The notes below the pieces were generated by a model. The model ran no database searches and was not told where the DNA came from. It saw only the letters and a list, made by a program, of their open reading frames with translations. From the IMG/VR virus record IMGVR_UViG_3300006149_000006, positions 31,584-95,583 of that record: DNA of 64,000 nucleotides; one strand, given 5' to 3'. A program made the translations under genes and the position numbers. This stretch comes from a virus. Lineage: Duplodnaviria > Caudoviricetes. Positions 9,100-20,300 of this stretch are shown here, in pieces (the first letter of the stretch is position 1; each line of letters opens with the position of its first letter).

Positions 9100-10125
9100 C
9101 TAAGCATTTCCGCCGTCCAAAAGAATATCATCTGTATACTGCACAACAGTATCCGGCAGTGTATAAACAGTCTGTTCAGTGCCATTGATTACTACATTGC
9201 CATTCGTTTCAGAAACCTCGACTTTTGTAGCACCTTCAGCCATACCGGCAAGTTTTGCATGATCAGCAGCGGACATTGCACCGGCAGTTGTGTCGGTTGC
9301 CAATGTAAGTTCCAGCCCATTTTTCCCAACAGACAGACCATTTTTACTTTCGCCCAGTTTGACAGATACAACATTTGTATCAGAGATATCAATGCCATCA
9401 CCAGCAGTATAAGGGTCAACCAAATCCTTTACAGGCAGGTAAATATGCTGTTCCTCTCCGTCTGCATCAGGAACATTGACCACAAAATCAATATATGTAT
9501 CCCCAGCAACAGCACCCGTATATGGATCATCAGGCGTAGCTACGCTGTTTACAACACCAGACTTAACGAGGAAGTCTTTTGGAATATTAATATCTTCACC
9601 AACAGCAACGCCATCTACCGTGATCTGATAGGTTGCCGCATATCCGTCATTTGCAGTCGTTTTCCGTACAACATCAATCACAGCGCTTGCAGCAGTTGTA
9701 ATTGTAGAAACAATACGCCATTCAGAATCATTAAGCCCCTTCGCATAAAGTTTCAGAATGCGCGGATCTGTCTCGTCCTGCTCAAGTTTATATTGTGTAT
9801 CCGTGTCACCGATCTTACCAGAAATATATGCATCAATACCTGAAATCTCCTCAGCAGTATAAGTAGGCTTGTTCTCCTGCTTCGCCCAATCGGGCACGTC
9901 ACCGGCCAATGCTGTCACATACGGAAGATCGTTAAATGACGTTACGCCATCACCCATTTTCAACAGTGTAGCAGCCGGAATTCCCTTTTCAGAATCCTTG
10001 GGGATATTAACGATAATAGGCTCGTGCATACCATAAACTGCATTTTTAGCCTCCAAATTTTCCAATGTGTCACCACGAAGTTTGTACTGTACATTGATAG
10101 TCTTATTCGTTGCCATAATAATCAC
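9100..10125 (-). CDS. Fibre segment protein with Mtd-N/hyaluronidase-N-like domain
   Basis: Paralog of 8084..9040 at both the N-terminus and the KVE.S.TNGNV..YTLPDTV tail; ends ILLDGGNA. Confidence 0.7.
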   Translation of the reverse strand: MIIMATNKTINVQYKLRGDTLENLEAKNAVYGMHEPIIVNIPKDSEKGIPAATLLKMGDGVTSFNDLPYVTALAGDVPDWAKQENKPTYTAEEISGIDAYISGKIGDTDTQYKLEQDETDPRILKLYAKGLNDSEWRIVSTITTAASAVIDVVRKTTANDGYAATYQITVDGVAVGEDINIPKDFLVKSGVVNSVATPDDPYTGAVAGDTYIDFVVNVPDADGEEQHIYLPVKDLVDPYTAGDGIDISDTNVVSVKLGESKNGLSVGKNGLELTLATDTTAGAMSAADHAKLAGMAEGATKVEVSETNGNVVINGTEQTVYTLPDTVVQYTDDILLDGGNA

Positions 10126-10131
10126 CTCTTT

Positions 10132-10449
10132 TTAAATATTTCCGTCAATAATGATGAAATCGCCATCATCTTGCGCTAACTTTTTTATATTCAATGAATT
10201 GACTTCCATATCGCCATCTTCATGAATACTCACTTTGTTTTCAGAATCACTTGATTTAACCCCTCCAATCAAATCTTCCGTACCAATGGGGATTTTTAAT
10301 GAGCCAGCGTTTTTAATCTCATTTTCCAGCTCTGAAAATTTATCCTTTACATTTTTGAAATTATCGTTAAACTTTCGAGCAACATCTGCACCAGAATCTG
10401 CATTATCTTTTGATGTTCCAGCCCTCAATAATTCATAAACAAAATCCAT
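10132..10449 (-). CDS. Fibre anchoring protein
   Basis: DSGADVARKFNDNF anchor-like motif, IGGVKSS, ends IIIDGNI. Confidence 0.6.
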   Translation of the reverse strand: MDFVYELLRAGTSKDNADSGADVARKFNDNFKNVKDKFSELENEIKNAGSLKIPIGTEDLIGGVKSSDSENKVSIHEDGDMEVNSLNIKKLAQDDGDFIIIDGNI

Positions 10450-10466
10450 ATCATCACCACCTTTCT

Positions 10467-10655
10467 TTAATTATATAACATATAATCTGAACGCAATAAG
10501 GTGGTTTCATAAAGATACCCTTTATAATCTTCTGGTTGGCCGACTGGCGCAATACAGTCTCCGATTATGGGTTCATCCCCTTCTTCTGGCGGTTTGTATG
10601 GAGGACTACAGTACGGATAAAATACGCCCCAGTAAAATCCAAAAGCCATTGACAT
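10467..10655 (-). CDS. Hypothetical tail-region protein
   Basis: 62 aa ORF with RBS, co-directional in the operon. Confidence 0.5.
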   Translation of the reverse strand: MSMAFGFYWGVFYPYCSPPYKPPEEGDEPIIGDCIAPVGQPEDYKGYLYETTLLRSDYMLYN

Positions 10656-10669
10656 GACATATCACCACC

Positions 10670-10975
10670 TTAATAAACGAAGCAAACAACGCATTTGCTT
10701 GTCGGCTTTTTAAAATGCACATCCCGGATTTCTGCTGTGTTTGTTCCTCCAAATGCTGTACTCGAAAAGTTGCCCAGTTCATCAGTCGTGAATTCAAATC
10801 CGTCCATAAAGAATTCCGTATATGGTGTTGTTTTGATTGTAATATGATATAATTTATCGGCCAAGGATGCAGGTTCCACTTCCCTGATTTTAGCAATACA
10901 TCTCTCAACAACATTTTCATTTGCTAAAAATGTTACATTCAGCAAACCACCTTGTTTTCTTACCATTGTTATCAC
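10670..10975 (-). CDS. Hypothetical tail-region protein
   Basis: ORF with GGAGGTG RBS in the operon. Confidence 0.6.
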   Translation of the reverse strand: MITMVRKQGGLLNVTFLANENVVERCIAKIREVEPASLADKLYHITIKTTPYTEFFMDGFEFTTDELGNFSSTAFGGTNTAEIRDVHFKKPTSKCVVCFVY

Positions 10976-10986
10976 CTCCCTGGTTT

Positions 10987-11421
10987 CTAATCGCTTGTCG
11001 TTACAAAATCAACCTCATGCAAAGTCTTTTGATCCGATTCATCCAATGTCATGTGGTCAATATCTCTCAAAAGCTGATAATATCCTAGTTGAATACTGCC
11101 CTCAGCATCTAATGTAAGTGTACTTTCTTGTTCATCTGTAGTCGTAATAAAACAACAAATTGCTTCTTCCCAAGAATTATCTTCAAGCAAAAGCTCACAA
11201 TTAAATTCGGGCAAATATTTTATCGCACCGGCCTCTATATCCATTTCCAAAATGATTTGTTCGGTGCAGTCACCCAGGGTAGAGTGTAGAATAACATCAC
11301 TTGGTTCTGTACATAACACGAATTCAGATTCTAATGATAGCAATTCTCTTTGCAGTAACTGATGAATGACGACATCTATTTCCGTAAGGCGCTCTTTCAA
11401 ATATACATTAAATGAATGCAT
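10987..11421 (-). CDS. Hypothetical acidic tail-region protein
   Basis: 144 aa ORF in the operon. Confidence 0.6.
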   Translation of the reverse strand: MHSFNVYLKERLTEIDVVIHQLLQRELLSLESEFVLCTEPSDVILHSTLGDCTEQIILEMDIEAGAIKYLPEFNCELLLEDNSWEEAICCFITTTDEQESTLTLDAEGSIQLGYYQLLRDIDHMTLDESDQKTLHEVDFVTTSD

Positions 11422-11445
11422 TTTTTACACCGCCTTCCCCGTGTT

Positions 11446-11847
11446 TTATGAAACATTTTTTAATGTTAGTTTTAATTTTCCGCGCTCCAAAATCACAATC
11501 ACAGCTTCTTCAACTGAGCGCGGTTTGGAAAGTCTTTCAGATAAAAGAAAATTTCCACCCGTTGCAGCATCAAACAGTACAAAGTGTGTAATAGTGCCCC
11601 ACTCTGCTGAACTTTTCGGAAATGAAACTTCTGAATTATTCGTGATTACTCCATTATTGGGAATAGATAAATTTGTTAATTCTATTCTTGTATACCCCGC
11701 TGCTGGTGATGGTTCTGTAATGCCAGTCCCGCTAACAGTCGGAGTAGTTTTGCTTAACCCAAGAAAAACTTTACTGGGCAAAGCAGGACTTGTTTTCGTC
11801 TTAAAAACATTCCCCATAATACAATTCAAGAAATGTGTAGAAACCAT
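11446..11847 (-). CDS. Minor tail protein
   Basis: GY.RI...N..V.FPKS...WGTITHF.LFDAATGGN.L motif typical of phage minor tail proteins. Confidence 0.75.
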   Translation of the reverse strand: MVSTHFLNCIMGNVFKTKTSPALPSKVFLGLSKTTPTVSGTGITEPSPAAGYTRIELTNLSIPNNGVITNNSEVSFPKSSAEWGTITHFVLFDAATGGNFLLSERLSKPRSVEEAVIVILERGKLKLTLKNVS

Positions 11848-11873
11848 CCAACCTCTCTCCTTCTATGTTTCGT

Positions 11874-12251
11874 TTATTGTAAAAAACCTTTATTAATATT
11901 GTGTGTAATCAGCAAAAAACCTTGGTTCGGAATTTCTGCCTCGCCATAAGTATCTTTTATAGTGAGCTGATAAATATATTTTCCATCAAGTTGTAGCGTA
12001 TCACCCGGTGCTAAATCAACTGATGCAACATTCATAACCTCTTCAATACCAATTTTGAACCCTACTGTTTTAGATATCAATGGGTCTCCCGTCTGGTCAG
12101 AGTAATCAACAACAGAAAAATTCCCTGTGCACCCTTTTGCATTGTATGGCGAGCCTCCCCTTGTATATAATCTCCAGTTAAGTGTATTAGATTGGCCAGC
12201 TACAAACATAACGGTAGGCATGGTATAAATATCGTTTCTCAGGTAAATCAC
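11874..12251 (-). CDS. BppU-N-like baseplate protein
   Basis: Ig-like pattern V.L.PGDT..L.GKY.YQL; located after Dit. Confidence 0.55.
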   Translation of the reverse strand: MIYLRNDIYTMPTVMFVAGQSNTLNWRLYTRGGSPYNAKGCTGNFSVVDYSDQTGDPLISKTVGFKIGIEEVMNVASVDLAPGDTLQLDGKYIYQLTIKDTYGEAEIPNQGFLLITHNINKGFLQ

Positions 12252-13054
12252 CCCCCTACATTTGCAGGAAATTCACAAATGAAATCAAGAATACAATTCC
12301 CCACTACCTTTATCTTGTTCATTCCTCTCCTTAACGGAAGCCACTTAAAATTGAAATATTGATACATATTAATCCCATCATTAGCAGAAATAATTCCTGA
12401 ATTGTTATCTATATTGATCGTCAATGATGTGCTTTTATAAATATCAGACAGCCTAAATTCTGTATTTTTGATAGACTGATTAGTGATTGAAATTGTATTG
12501 CTTCCATTGAGCTGAATTTTCATTTTCGGATAATATAGATGATTAACGGTTGCCCGACTGATCAAAGAAATATTAGTCGTTCCACTACACATATAGTGAA
12601 ATTTTTCTGGGAACCGATATCCATATGGGGAATCACACGTAATTTTTGCCGTAAATGCCCAAGGAAGCCATGATAATTGGATCGGCTCCAACTCACCTAT
12701 TACACAATGATATCGAATCATTTCTAAATCAGGCTGTTCAATTTCTAACCATTGATATTGATCTTGGTCCGTGAGCCATGATGCAATAGCATTTATTTCA
12801 TAACGATCTAAATATTCGTTCATAGACAATACTTGTGGATCAAGACCAAACACTAATTTAAATTCCAGTGGTTTCCCAAATGATCTGCCATAAAATAAAC
12901 TTTGTCCTTTAGATGGAATTACATCTGTTATTAGTTCGCCCGTGCTGGCAAATGGAGTTGCATCATTTCTCTTTCCATCAATGTCATAAATCCGAAGACC
13001 ATATTTTTCACATGGAATCCGATTAAACGAAAAACGTTTTGCAATGAATCCCAT
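12248..13054 (-). CDS. Distal tail protein (Dit)
   Basis: F.FN...YGL N-terminus, ITCDSPYGY, YPKM.I and WLPL.RGMN.I motifs. Confidence 0.8.
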   Translation of the reverse strand: MGFIAKRFSFNRIPCEKYGLRIYDIDGKRNDATPFASTGELITDVIPSKGQSLFYGRSFGKPLEFKLVFGLDPQVLSMNEYLDRYEINAIASWLTDQDQYQWLEIEQPDLEMIRYHCVIGELEPIQLSWLPWAFTAKITCDSPYGYRFPEKFHYMCSGTTNISLISRATVNHLYYPKMKIQLNGSNTISITNQSIKNTEFRLSDIYKSTSLTINIDNNSGIISANDGINMYQYFNFKWLPLRRGMNKIKVVGNCILDFICEFPANVGG

Positions 13055-13078
13055 CTAAACCACCCCAATTCTATTCTT

Positions 13079-13249
13079 TTATTCTCTTTTTTCAGTAACC
13101 TCACATCCGTCAAGAATTTTTAACACTTCCTGTAACACTGAATAACAGCCAGCCAATGTCCCTGCATTCTGTGCGCCACTCACTGTAATGCCACCATCAA
13201 GGGCTTTACAAACCATTTCAATTCGATGTACAATTTCCTTTTTATCCAT
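13079..13249 (-). CDS. Small hypothetical protein (56 aa)
   Basis: Hand translation MDKKEIVHRIEMVCKALDGGITVSGAQNAG...; RBS GGGAGGGA. Confidence 0.6.
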   Translation of the reverse strand: MDKKEIVHRIEMVCKALDGGITVSGAQNAGTLAGCYSVLQEVLKILDGCEVTEKRE

Positions 13250-13398
13250 AGCCATCCCTCCCTAGTCAAACACTAAAGCGAGAGCATATTACCCTCGCTT
13301 AATACATTACATAAATTAAAAATCAATCCTGTATAAAATATTTATATCTTACCTCCAAAATATGAATCCAACACAGCAGTTGCTAAACAGATAAAATT

Positions 13399-16300
13399 TT
13401 ATTGCTTTACTTCTTTTATTTCCGCTTTCAATTCGTCAATTTGATTCATTAGTTTCTGAATCATTGCTGTATTAAGTGATATTAACTCGCAATACCGAAT
13501 TGAATATATTCCGTCACCGCCATTTTCAGCGCTAGAATCATAATTCTGCTGTACTAAGGCAGCAAAATCTTGTTGCGTAAGATTACTTTCGTTCAGAGCG
13601 TCACGCATTTGCTGTGCTATAAATCCTGTATGGAATCTTCCGCTCATACCATCATTTCGATGATATCTTGCTGGTTTCAATTTACGATAAAATTCACTAT
13701 AATGTTCTGCAACGTCATATCTAATTGTATTTTTAATTCTTTCGTCAGATCCTTCATCAATGGCAACATCGGAATGTGTTCTGTTAGGCGCAACATAAAA
13801 GTTATTGTCATCTGCTGTCATACGACATGCACTGCTCGTCGCTGTCACATAAATTTCTTCAAACGGCCCATTCATTCTAATACCATAAGTTCTGCCAGAA
13901 CCAGTCGAACCAGAATAAGTCGAAATGGAGCCAAATCCTTCAGTATCTTCCAATGTGACCAGACTAAGGTCTATAGTGCCAGTCGTGATATTATCACCAT
14001 TAATTTCTGTTTTGCCACTTCTCTCAAGATCACGAAAAGTGACAAATCCGTCAAAATCAAATCCGTCTACTGTTTGCTCCAATGAGGAGACCTTTCCATC
14101 AAGGCCCTTAATTTCTGTCCTAATACTTTTTGCAGTCTGTGTAATGCTAGAGGATAACCCACTTTCCACATCGTCAACACGAGAATTAATAGTACTTGCA
14201 GTTTGCGTTATTTGTGAGGAAAGATTGGCATTCAAGTTTGTAACTCTTGTGTTAATACTTTCAGCTGTTTGTGATATTTCAGATCGTAATCCACGTTCCT
14301 TGTCTTCAACAATGCTGGTAATGCCTTCAAGGTGTAAAAATTCCTCCTTAATTTTATTCCCTGAAAGCGCATCTTTCCCATCAATTAAAAATTTTTTTGC
14401 ATTGATAGTGCCATTAACATCAGCATTTTTCATACTCACATCACCATTCTTTTTTACCCAGAATGGTGCACTTGCAGGATTTTGCGCCCCCGCCCAAATC
14501 GCATACTCTGAATAAACACTATTCCCTCCATTTAGGGCTACATAATTATTTCCACTACCTGCATGAAGATAAGAAGATTCTATTGTAAACCCGCCGATTT
14601 GGCCAGAGGTTGCTATGAGTTTTCCTTTAAAATAAGCATTGCCTTTCATATCAAGCCAGAAATTTGCAACTGGCGTATCTCCTGCTGCCAAATTATTCAG
14701 AGATGTAATACTTCTATTTCCAGTTGTGCGAACTCCTGTCGGCTGACCCTTTGAATTGTAGTAAAACAGAGTATTCTTATCAGCGCCACCAACAATACCA
14801 AAAACCGCACCCATATCGATCCGTCCGCCTGTGTTGCCATATAAATTAAACGATGCATTATGCAAAGATGCGCCCTCAGCATCAACTTTAAATACAGATA
14901 TGCCGCCATCTTGTTTTGCACTTTCAATCACAAGATTTTCACCAGCCAAAATGGTTCCGACAATAGCTGGTGCAACAATACCATATATTGTCCCCAAGTT
15001 TTTATCAACAAATTCCCCAATTCCAATAACCCCTGTAACCCAGTTATCATTTGTGAACATCATTGCATTGTGCTGCAACCAAATCTGTTTAGAACTATAT
15101 GTTCCCGTTGATGAATCAAATTTCCGACAACGCAATCCAGCCTGATCAATAGTGATTTCATTATCTGTGCCAGCAAGAATCATATTCTTCATAGCATCAA
15201 TGGCAGATTCCATAAATTCTTTAATACTAGTTTTTGCACCACTGTTTACAAAGTTACTATAGTTAAACTGGTTAAAATCTAACGTTTTGCTTGCCGAATT
15301 TGACTGGTCTAAATTGTCAAGTAAACTGAACTTTCCGTTCTTGATCTGAAAATCACTTGCAAATTCCAACTTAAAAGACGATAAGTCGTCAAACTCTATT
15401 GACACACCCGTTACCAAAGGTTCAAGTACACCCATGGTTAGATGAAGATAAATTCGTTTTCCTAACTCAAACTCTCTTGCAAACATAAGAAAATCATCAA
15501 ATACTAGGAAATTTGAACTATCAACTGTAAAATGATATACTGGCGAGGCCTTTTTATTAAGAACCTCTCTTCCATATTCATACAATTCCCATGCAATAGA
15601 CATCCTTTGGTATTCACTGACTTCATAAGTCATGTAGGCTGTTGTGGTTGATGTTTTAAACTGTAAAGATGTATCTGTAAAAGTCGCACCAGTAGATAAT
15701 GTCCCCGTCAACGAAAGTGTACCGCTGGGAAACGTGTCTCCATTGACAGATCCTTCACTTAAATATAGTGACATTACAAATGTTTTGTCATTATTAACTT
15801 GTAAGGTTCCACTAACCACATCTGCTTTCAATTTTAACGCAGAGCTATTTTCCTCAATTATACCGCCACGAACAGTATAAAATGTAATATCCCCGGCATA
15901 GGTCGTTTTCGTTACAGTATTACATCTTGTTAAATTAAAAATGGAAGAAAATTTACGCACTATTTTTGCATCGGTTGAATAACTGCCGGTACTATTTGCA
16001 ACAAATGAGCTATCAGTTAAAGAACCACATTTAAAGTAGCGGTCTAAAAGAAGCAATTCGCTGTCAGAGAAAAATGATGAAAATGCTGTCGTATTATTGA
16101 TTTGTTTCAGCTGATTTTTATAAGCATCAATTTCTGTTTTGATCTGTTTAAGTAAGTTTTTTTGTGCTTCAATCTCATTATTCTTTTCCTGGATTTGTGA
16201 ATTTGTTGTATTTAACTGTGACTGCATCGTTTTGTCAATAGCCACTGCTTGAAGCAATGTTCCCTTCTTTGTCTCCAATCCGCTAAGTTCACCCTGTAAA

Positions 16301-17229
16301 TCTCGCAATACAGCACTTTCAGTTTCATATCTTGAAATTTGCATATTCTGTGCAACAACCAGAGAATAATAAGTATTTTGATTGCTAATAAATGCATTTT
16401 TCCAGTTATTCCATTTGGTAATCATACTTGAAGAGAAATATTTTGTATTCATGTATGAATCGAGATTGTAAATTTTATTTATACCCATTGGATTTACAGC
16501 ACGAATATCAACGCCATCAGCACCATTCACATCTAATACCGTAAACAAATTATCAATGTCTTCTTCAATCTCAATTTCCTTTGCAAGATTGGAGGTCGAG
16601 ATATACACTGGTTTTGTTGCAATAATGTCATAATTACTCTTAACATTAATTCTCCGATTATATGTATCAAAGTCAAATATACACTCGTATGTTTTTTCCA
16701 GTTCTGATTTCATAAAATCATAAATAGATACATTATCTACACTAAACGTTCGATATTTACCAACCAGATTTGGTGAAACTGTTCCAACGCTCCATGACGG
16801 CATCTCGGACAAAATAATGCCTAAAATTGTGCTCTCTGGTGTAAATGGATTCCAAAAATTATAAGTTCCTTCTTGCAAAGATAAACTCTTGTTGGTAAAT
16901 TCATATTCGAGAGAGTAACCAGAACACATCTTTATAATTTTTACACCATCTGTAGTTTCCTCTGGATTATGCAATGTGAATTGACCGATCCCGTCTACAT
17001 CGATAATCCGCATACCCGTTAATAAATCATATTCGTTTAACCGTTCTCCATTCACATATGCTGGATACTCAAATTCGATTTTAGATATTTCATTGTAATA
17101 TATATCTGCTTTAGGTCTTAAAACATGACCAAGTGCTCCGATTGCCTTTCCATCAAAGTTTCGTAAAATAAAGTTTGGCCTTTTACGCAAATCTGTCTTT
17201 GAAAAATCAATAACCATTTTATAACTCAC
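13399..17229 (-). CDS. Tal/baseplate hub-central fibre with C-terminal intramolecular chaperone (peptidase S74)
   Basis: Prophage-endopeptidase-like N-terminus, S.I.QTA repeats, SDERIKN...GFIAQ...YSIRY.EL. Confidence 0.85.
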   Translation of the reverse strand: MSYKMVIDFSKTDLRKRPNFILRNFDGKAIGALGHVLRPKADIYYNEISKIEFEYPAYVNGERLNEYDLLTGMRIIDVDGIGQFTLHNPEETTDGVKIIKMCSGYSLEYEFTNKSLSLQEGTYNFWNPFTPESTILGIILSEMPSWSVGTVSPNLVGKYRTFSVDNVSIYDFMKSELEKTYECIFDFDTYNRRINVKSNYDIIATKPVYISTSNLAKEIEIEEDIDNLFTVLDVNGADGVDIRAVNPMGINKIYNLDSYMNTKYFSSSMITKWNNWKNAFISNQNTYYSLVVAQNMQISRYETESAVLRDLQGELSGLETKKGTLLQAVAIDKTMQSQLNTTNSQIQEKNNEIEAQKNLLKQIKTEIDAYKNQLKQINNTTAFSSFFSDSELLLLDRYFKCGSLTDSSFVANSTGSYSTDAKIVRKFSSIFNLTRCNTVTKTTYAGDITFYTVRGGIIEENSSALKLKADVVSGTLQVNNDKTFVMSLYLSEGSVNGDTFPSGTLSLTGTLSTGATFTDTSLQFKTSTTTAYMTYEVSEYQRMSIAWELYEYGREVLNKKASPVYHFTVDSSNFLVFDDFLMFAREFELGKRIYLHLTMGVLEPLVTGVSIEFDDLSSFKLEFASDFQIKNGKFSLLDNLDQSNSASKTLDFNQFNYSNFVNSGAKTSIKEFMESAIDAMKNMILAGTDNEITIDQAGLRCRKFDSSTGTYSSKQIWLQHNAMMFTNDNWVTGVIGIGEFVDKNLGTIYGIVAPAIVGTILAGENLVIESAKQDGGISVFKVDAEGASLHNASFNLYGNTGGRIDMGAVFGIVGGADKNTLFYYNSKGQPTGVRTTGNRSITSLNNLAAGDTPVANFWLDMKGNAYFKGKLIATSGQIGGFTIESSYLHAGSGNNYVALNGGNSVYSEYAIWAGAQNPASAPFWVKKNGDVSMKNADVNGTINAKKFLIDGKDALSGNKIKEEFLHLEGITSIVEDKERGLRSEISQTAESINTRVTNLNANLSSQITQTASTINSRVDDVESGLSSSITQTAKSIRTEIKGLDGKVSSLEQTVDGFDFDGFVTFRDLERSGKTEINGDNITTGTIDLSLVTLEDTEGFGSISTYSGSTGSGRTYGIRMNGPFEEIYVTATSSACRMTADDNNFYVAPNRTHSDVAIDEGSDERIKNTIRYDVAEHYSEFYRKLKPARYHRNDGMSGRFHTGFIAQQMRDALNESNLTQQDFAALVQQNYDSSAENGGDGIYSIRYCELISLNTAMIQKLMNQIDELKAEIKEVKQ

Positions 17230-17313
17230 CTCCTATTCTCCAGCCTAAATAATAAAAGAGGAAGTGCCTACACTCCCTCAAATGTCATATAGTTTAGTTC
17301 TCTGCCAGCTCAA

Positions 17314-20300
17314 TCACCGTCTAAAACTTCGTTTACCCCTCAAAGCAAAAGCACTATCAATCTCTTTAATTGTGTAATCGCTTATAGTCCTCTTAAGCCC
17401 ACGAATCTCAGCATCGTCCAATTTCTGTACTACCTGAACAGGAACATTGATTTCGTAAACATTTCCACCATTACGCTCAACAATATTTTGCGGCGGCTGC
17501 GCTAATTGAGAAATCTGCCCTTCCATTTGTCCGGTCAGTAGATTCGTGCCAGCAAGTTTCTCAAAGAAATTGCCATACTTATATAACAAAGTTTCTTCTT
17601 TGTCGAGAACTCGATAAAGATTATTTTGCTGTTTTTCAGTAAGAACCATTTCTCCTTTTTCAAGAGTGGCTTGAATCTCCTTCTGTTTCTGTGTCGGATG
17701 ATCACCTGCGACCCCGCCGTTATGATAAATGTATTCCTTATACTTTTCAAACAACAATGATCCGTCGGCATCATACCATGCACCATTTTTACGGTATGCA
17801 CGAATACCATACCTTGCCAAATCTTGAGTGCCGAGTTTCATATTAGCCTCATCCAGTCTGCTACGTTCGGCAGGGTCATTTGTTGCCGCCCAGGCCTGCG
17901 CATTTCTGTACATCTGCTTGAATATATTTTTTGCCTGTGCAAGCTCCTGCCCACCACTGGAATCGTAATTTCCCTTGTTCCCCACCGCATTAGGTGCGTT
18001 ATTTTTTCCTGAGGATTCACCGGAATCGCCCGATGAATATGTGTAGGAAGAATTAGATCTTGCTTCATATTCTGCAATCTCCTTTTGCGTTGCAAGGATA
18101 GCATCAAGATAGGAACCATACTTCTCAACTGCCTCACAAGCAGAATCCCAGGCATCAGAAATTTCTTGATTTATGACAGATCCATATTCCGTATTCCATG
18201 CAATGAGTTGATCATAAAGCGATCCCCATTGCGTCTGGATTCGTTCAATAGCCAGTCTGTATACCTTTTCCTCGGAAGAAATGCTGTTTTCCAGTATTTC
18301 GATTTCTTTATTTTTCTCTTTTTCGTAGGCAGTTAACATATCATCAAGCGCATCGCTTGTTGCATCATATGCATGATCTGCCTGCTCATCGGACAAGTCT
18401 TTTGATAATTCTGCAATCTCTTCGCGCAGTTTCTCTTGTTTTGCTTTGGATTCGCGACTATCGTCCAACTCCTGCAAAGTAAGCTGTTGCTGAAGTTTTG
18501 CTAAACTTTTTGTCTTTTCTGCTACAGATTGTGAGTATTTATCCTTTTCGCGTTCCATATCCAGAGACTTCTTTTGTGCATCAATCAAATCTCGCATTGC
18601 GTCAACTTGTTTGTTAATAGCATCAATTTGATTTTTAACTTCTTGCCGGATCATTTCCATGACATATTTCAGCAAGTCATCCAATGCATCAGACTGCTTT
18701 TTTGCATACTCATACGACTCTTTCCGAGCAGCCTCAAGTGCCCCATCGACTTGACCAATGCTTTCAACAGCTATATCAGCCAGAGATCGCAGATTGTTAA
18801 TGTTATTTAGATAGCTATTGTACAAATCATCCGTCATCTTATCTGAAACCTTAAGCATATTTAACTGTGCATAAACCAAGTCCCACGTAGAATCAGACGC
18901 GATATTTGTCGCTGTCGCAAGATTCATTAATGCCTGCGTATCATTATCCAGCAAAGCCTGACGAATCTGTTGAATATAGTTAAGGGCCGTCTCTATCGCC
19001 ATCTGCTGGGTACGGGCGGCAATAACCTTCTGGATATTTTCTTCATTGATGACAAGCAAACCATTTTCATCCTGTAAATACGACAGATTTTCAACACCAA
19101 GCCTTGCAATTTCCTGGAATGTTGACACCTTAATATAGCCATTGTCAGCAAACTCCTGTGCGGCATTATGTAACGTATCATACACATTTTCGATTTCATC
19201 CAGTGCACCATGCATGTTATCTAAAATCTCCTGCCATGCTTTAGCAGATACTTCTTTAATTTCGTTATAATACTGCCACCACTGGTCTGAAAGTGTACTC
19301 ACTTCCTCGCTTGTGTTAGAATATCCGAGTGATCGATAATACTCTGCCTGTGCGTGAAGCTCGTCCTGCATAGCCTTATACTGTGCAACGATTTCACCTG
19401 TATATTTCGTAACGCCTGCACGGTCATTTTTAGTGATAGCTCCTTCAAGCCAATCCTCATTTAACGTAATCGTATTTTCGTGTTCCTTGCGGATATACTC
19501 ATAGCACGAAGTCATTACGTCCTGAACATTTTCCTTATATTCCCACCATTGCTTCTGCAGCTCTTTGATTTCATCTGAATTATCGGCGAGACCCATTTCA
19601 CGGTAAGTATTTGCCTGTTTATTTACCGCACTTTGCATTTGATGATAAATATCTATGATTTGCCGGGCGGTTTTAGTCGCTCTATCAGCCGCCGATTCTG
19701 TCGCATTAGAAACGCCTTTCTTCTCAAGAATGAAAATTTTATGCTCGAAATCACTTAGCAGTTTATCAAGTTCTTTTTTTAGTTTCTCTGTCGGATCTTC
19801 TGATTTGGAGCTGCTGCCGCTTCCACCGCTGCTGCCGCCACCGATATTTTTTATTTTTGAAAAATCAAACTCAATTTTTTCAGACTTTTCTTTTTGATTT
19901 TTCTTTGCAGCTTTTTTCTCATAAGCACGAATACCACCTAACCCCACTGTGCTTTTTTCCGGGTTATATGTGTCGTGATCATATGCTAATGCGGCCATTG
20001 AGGATTTAAGGGCAGCAAGGCTTGAAGCTGCAACACCAGCTGCGTTTGCTTGACTCAACAGTGCGCTAACTGTGCTTGAACTTGCTGTTGCTAAATTAGT
20101 TGCGGACAAAGCTGCTGCCAGTTGCTCTATTCTATACTGTCTTAGCGCTTCTTGGGTGGATTTAGAAACTCCTTCTTGTTCTAAGAATTTCTGCGTTTCC
20201 TCCCAAGTAGCCTGTGAAAGCCCATTTGCTGCAACAACAGCATTCAGCTTTTCGGCACTCAGCCGAGACAGAACAACGCCATGAGCGTTAACAACACCCA

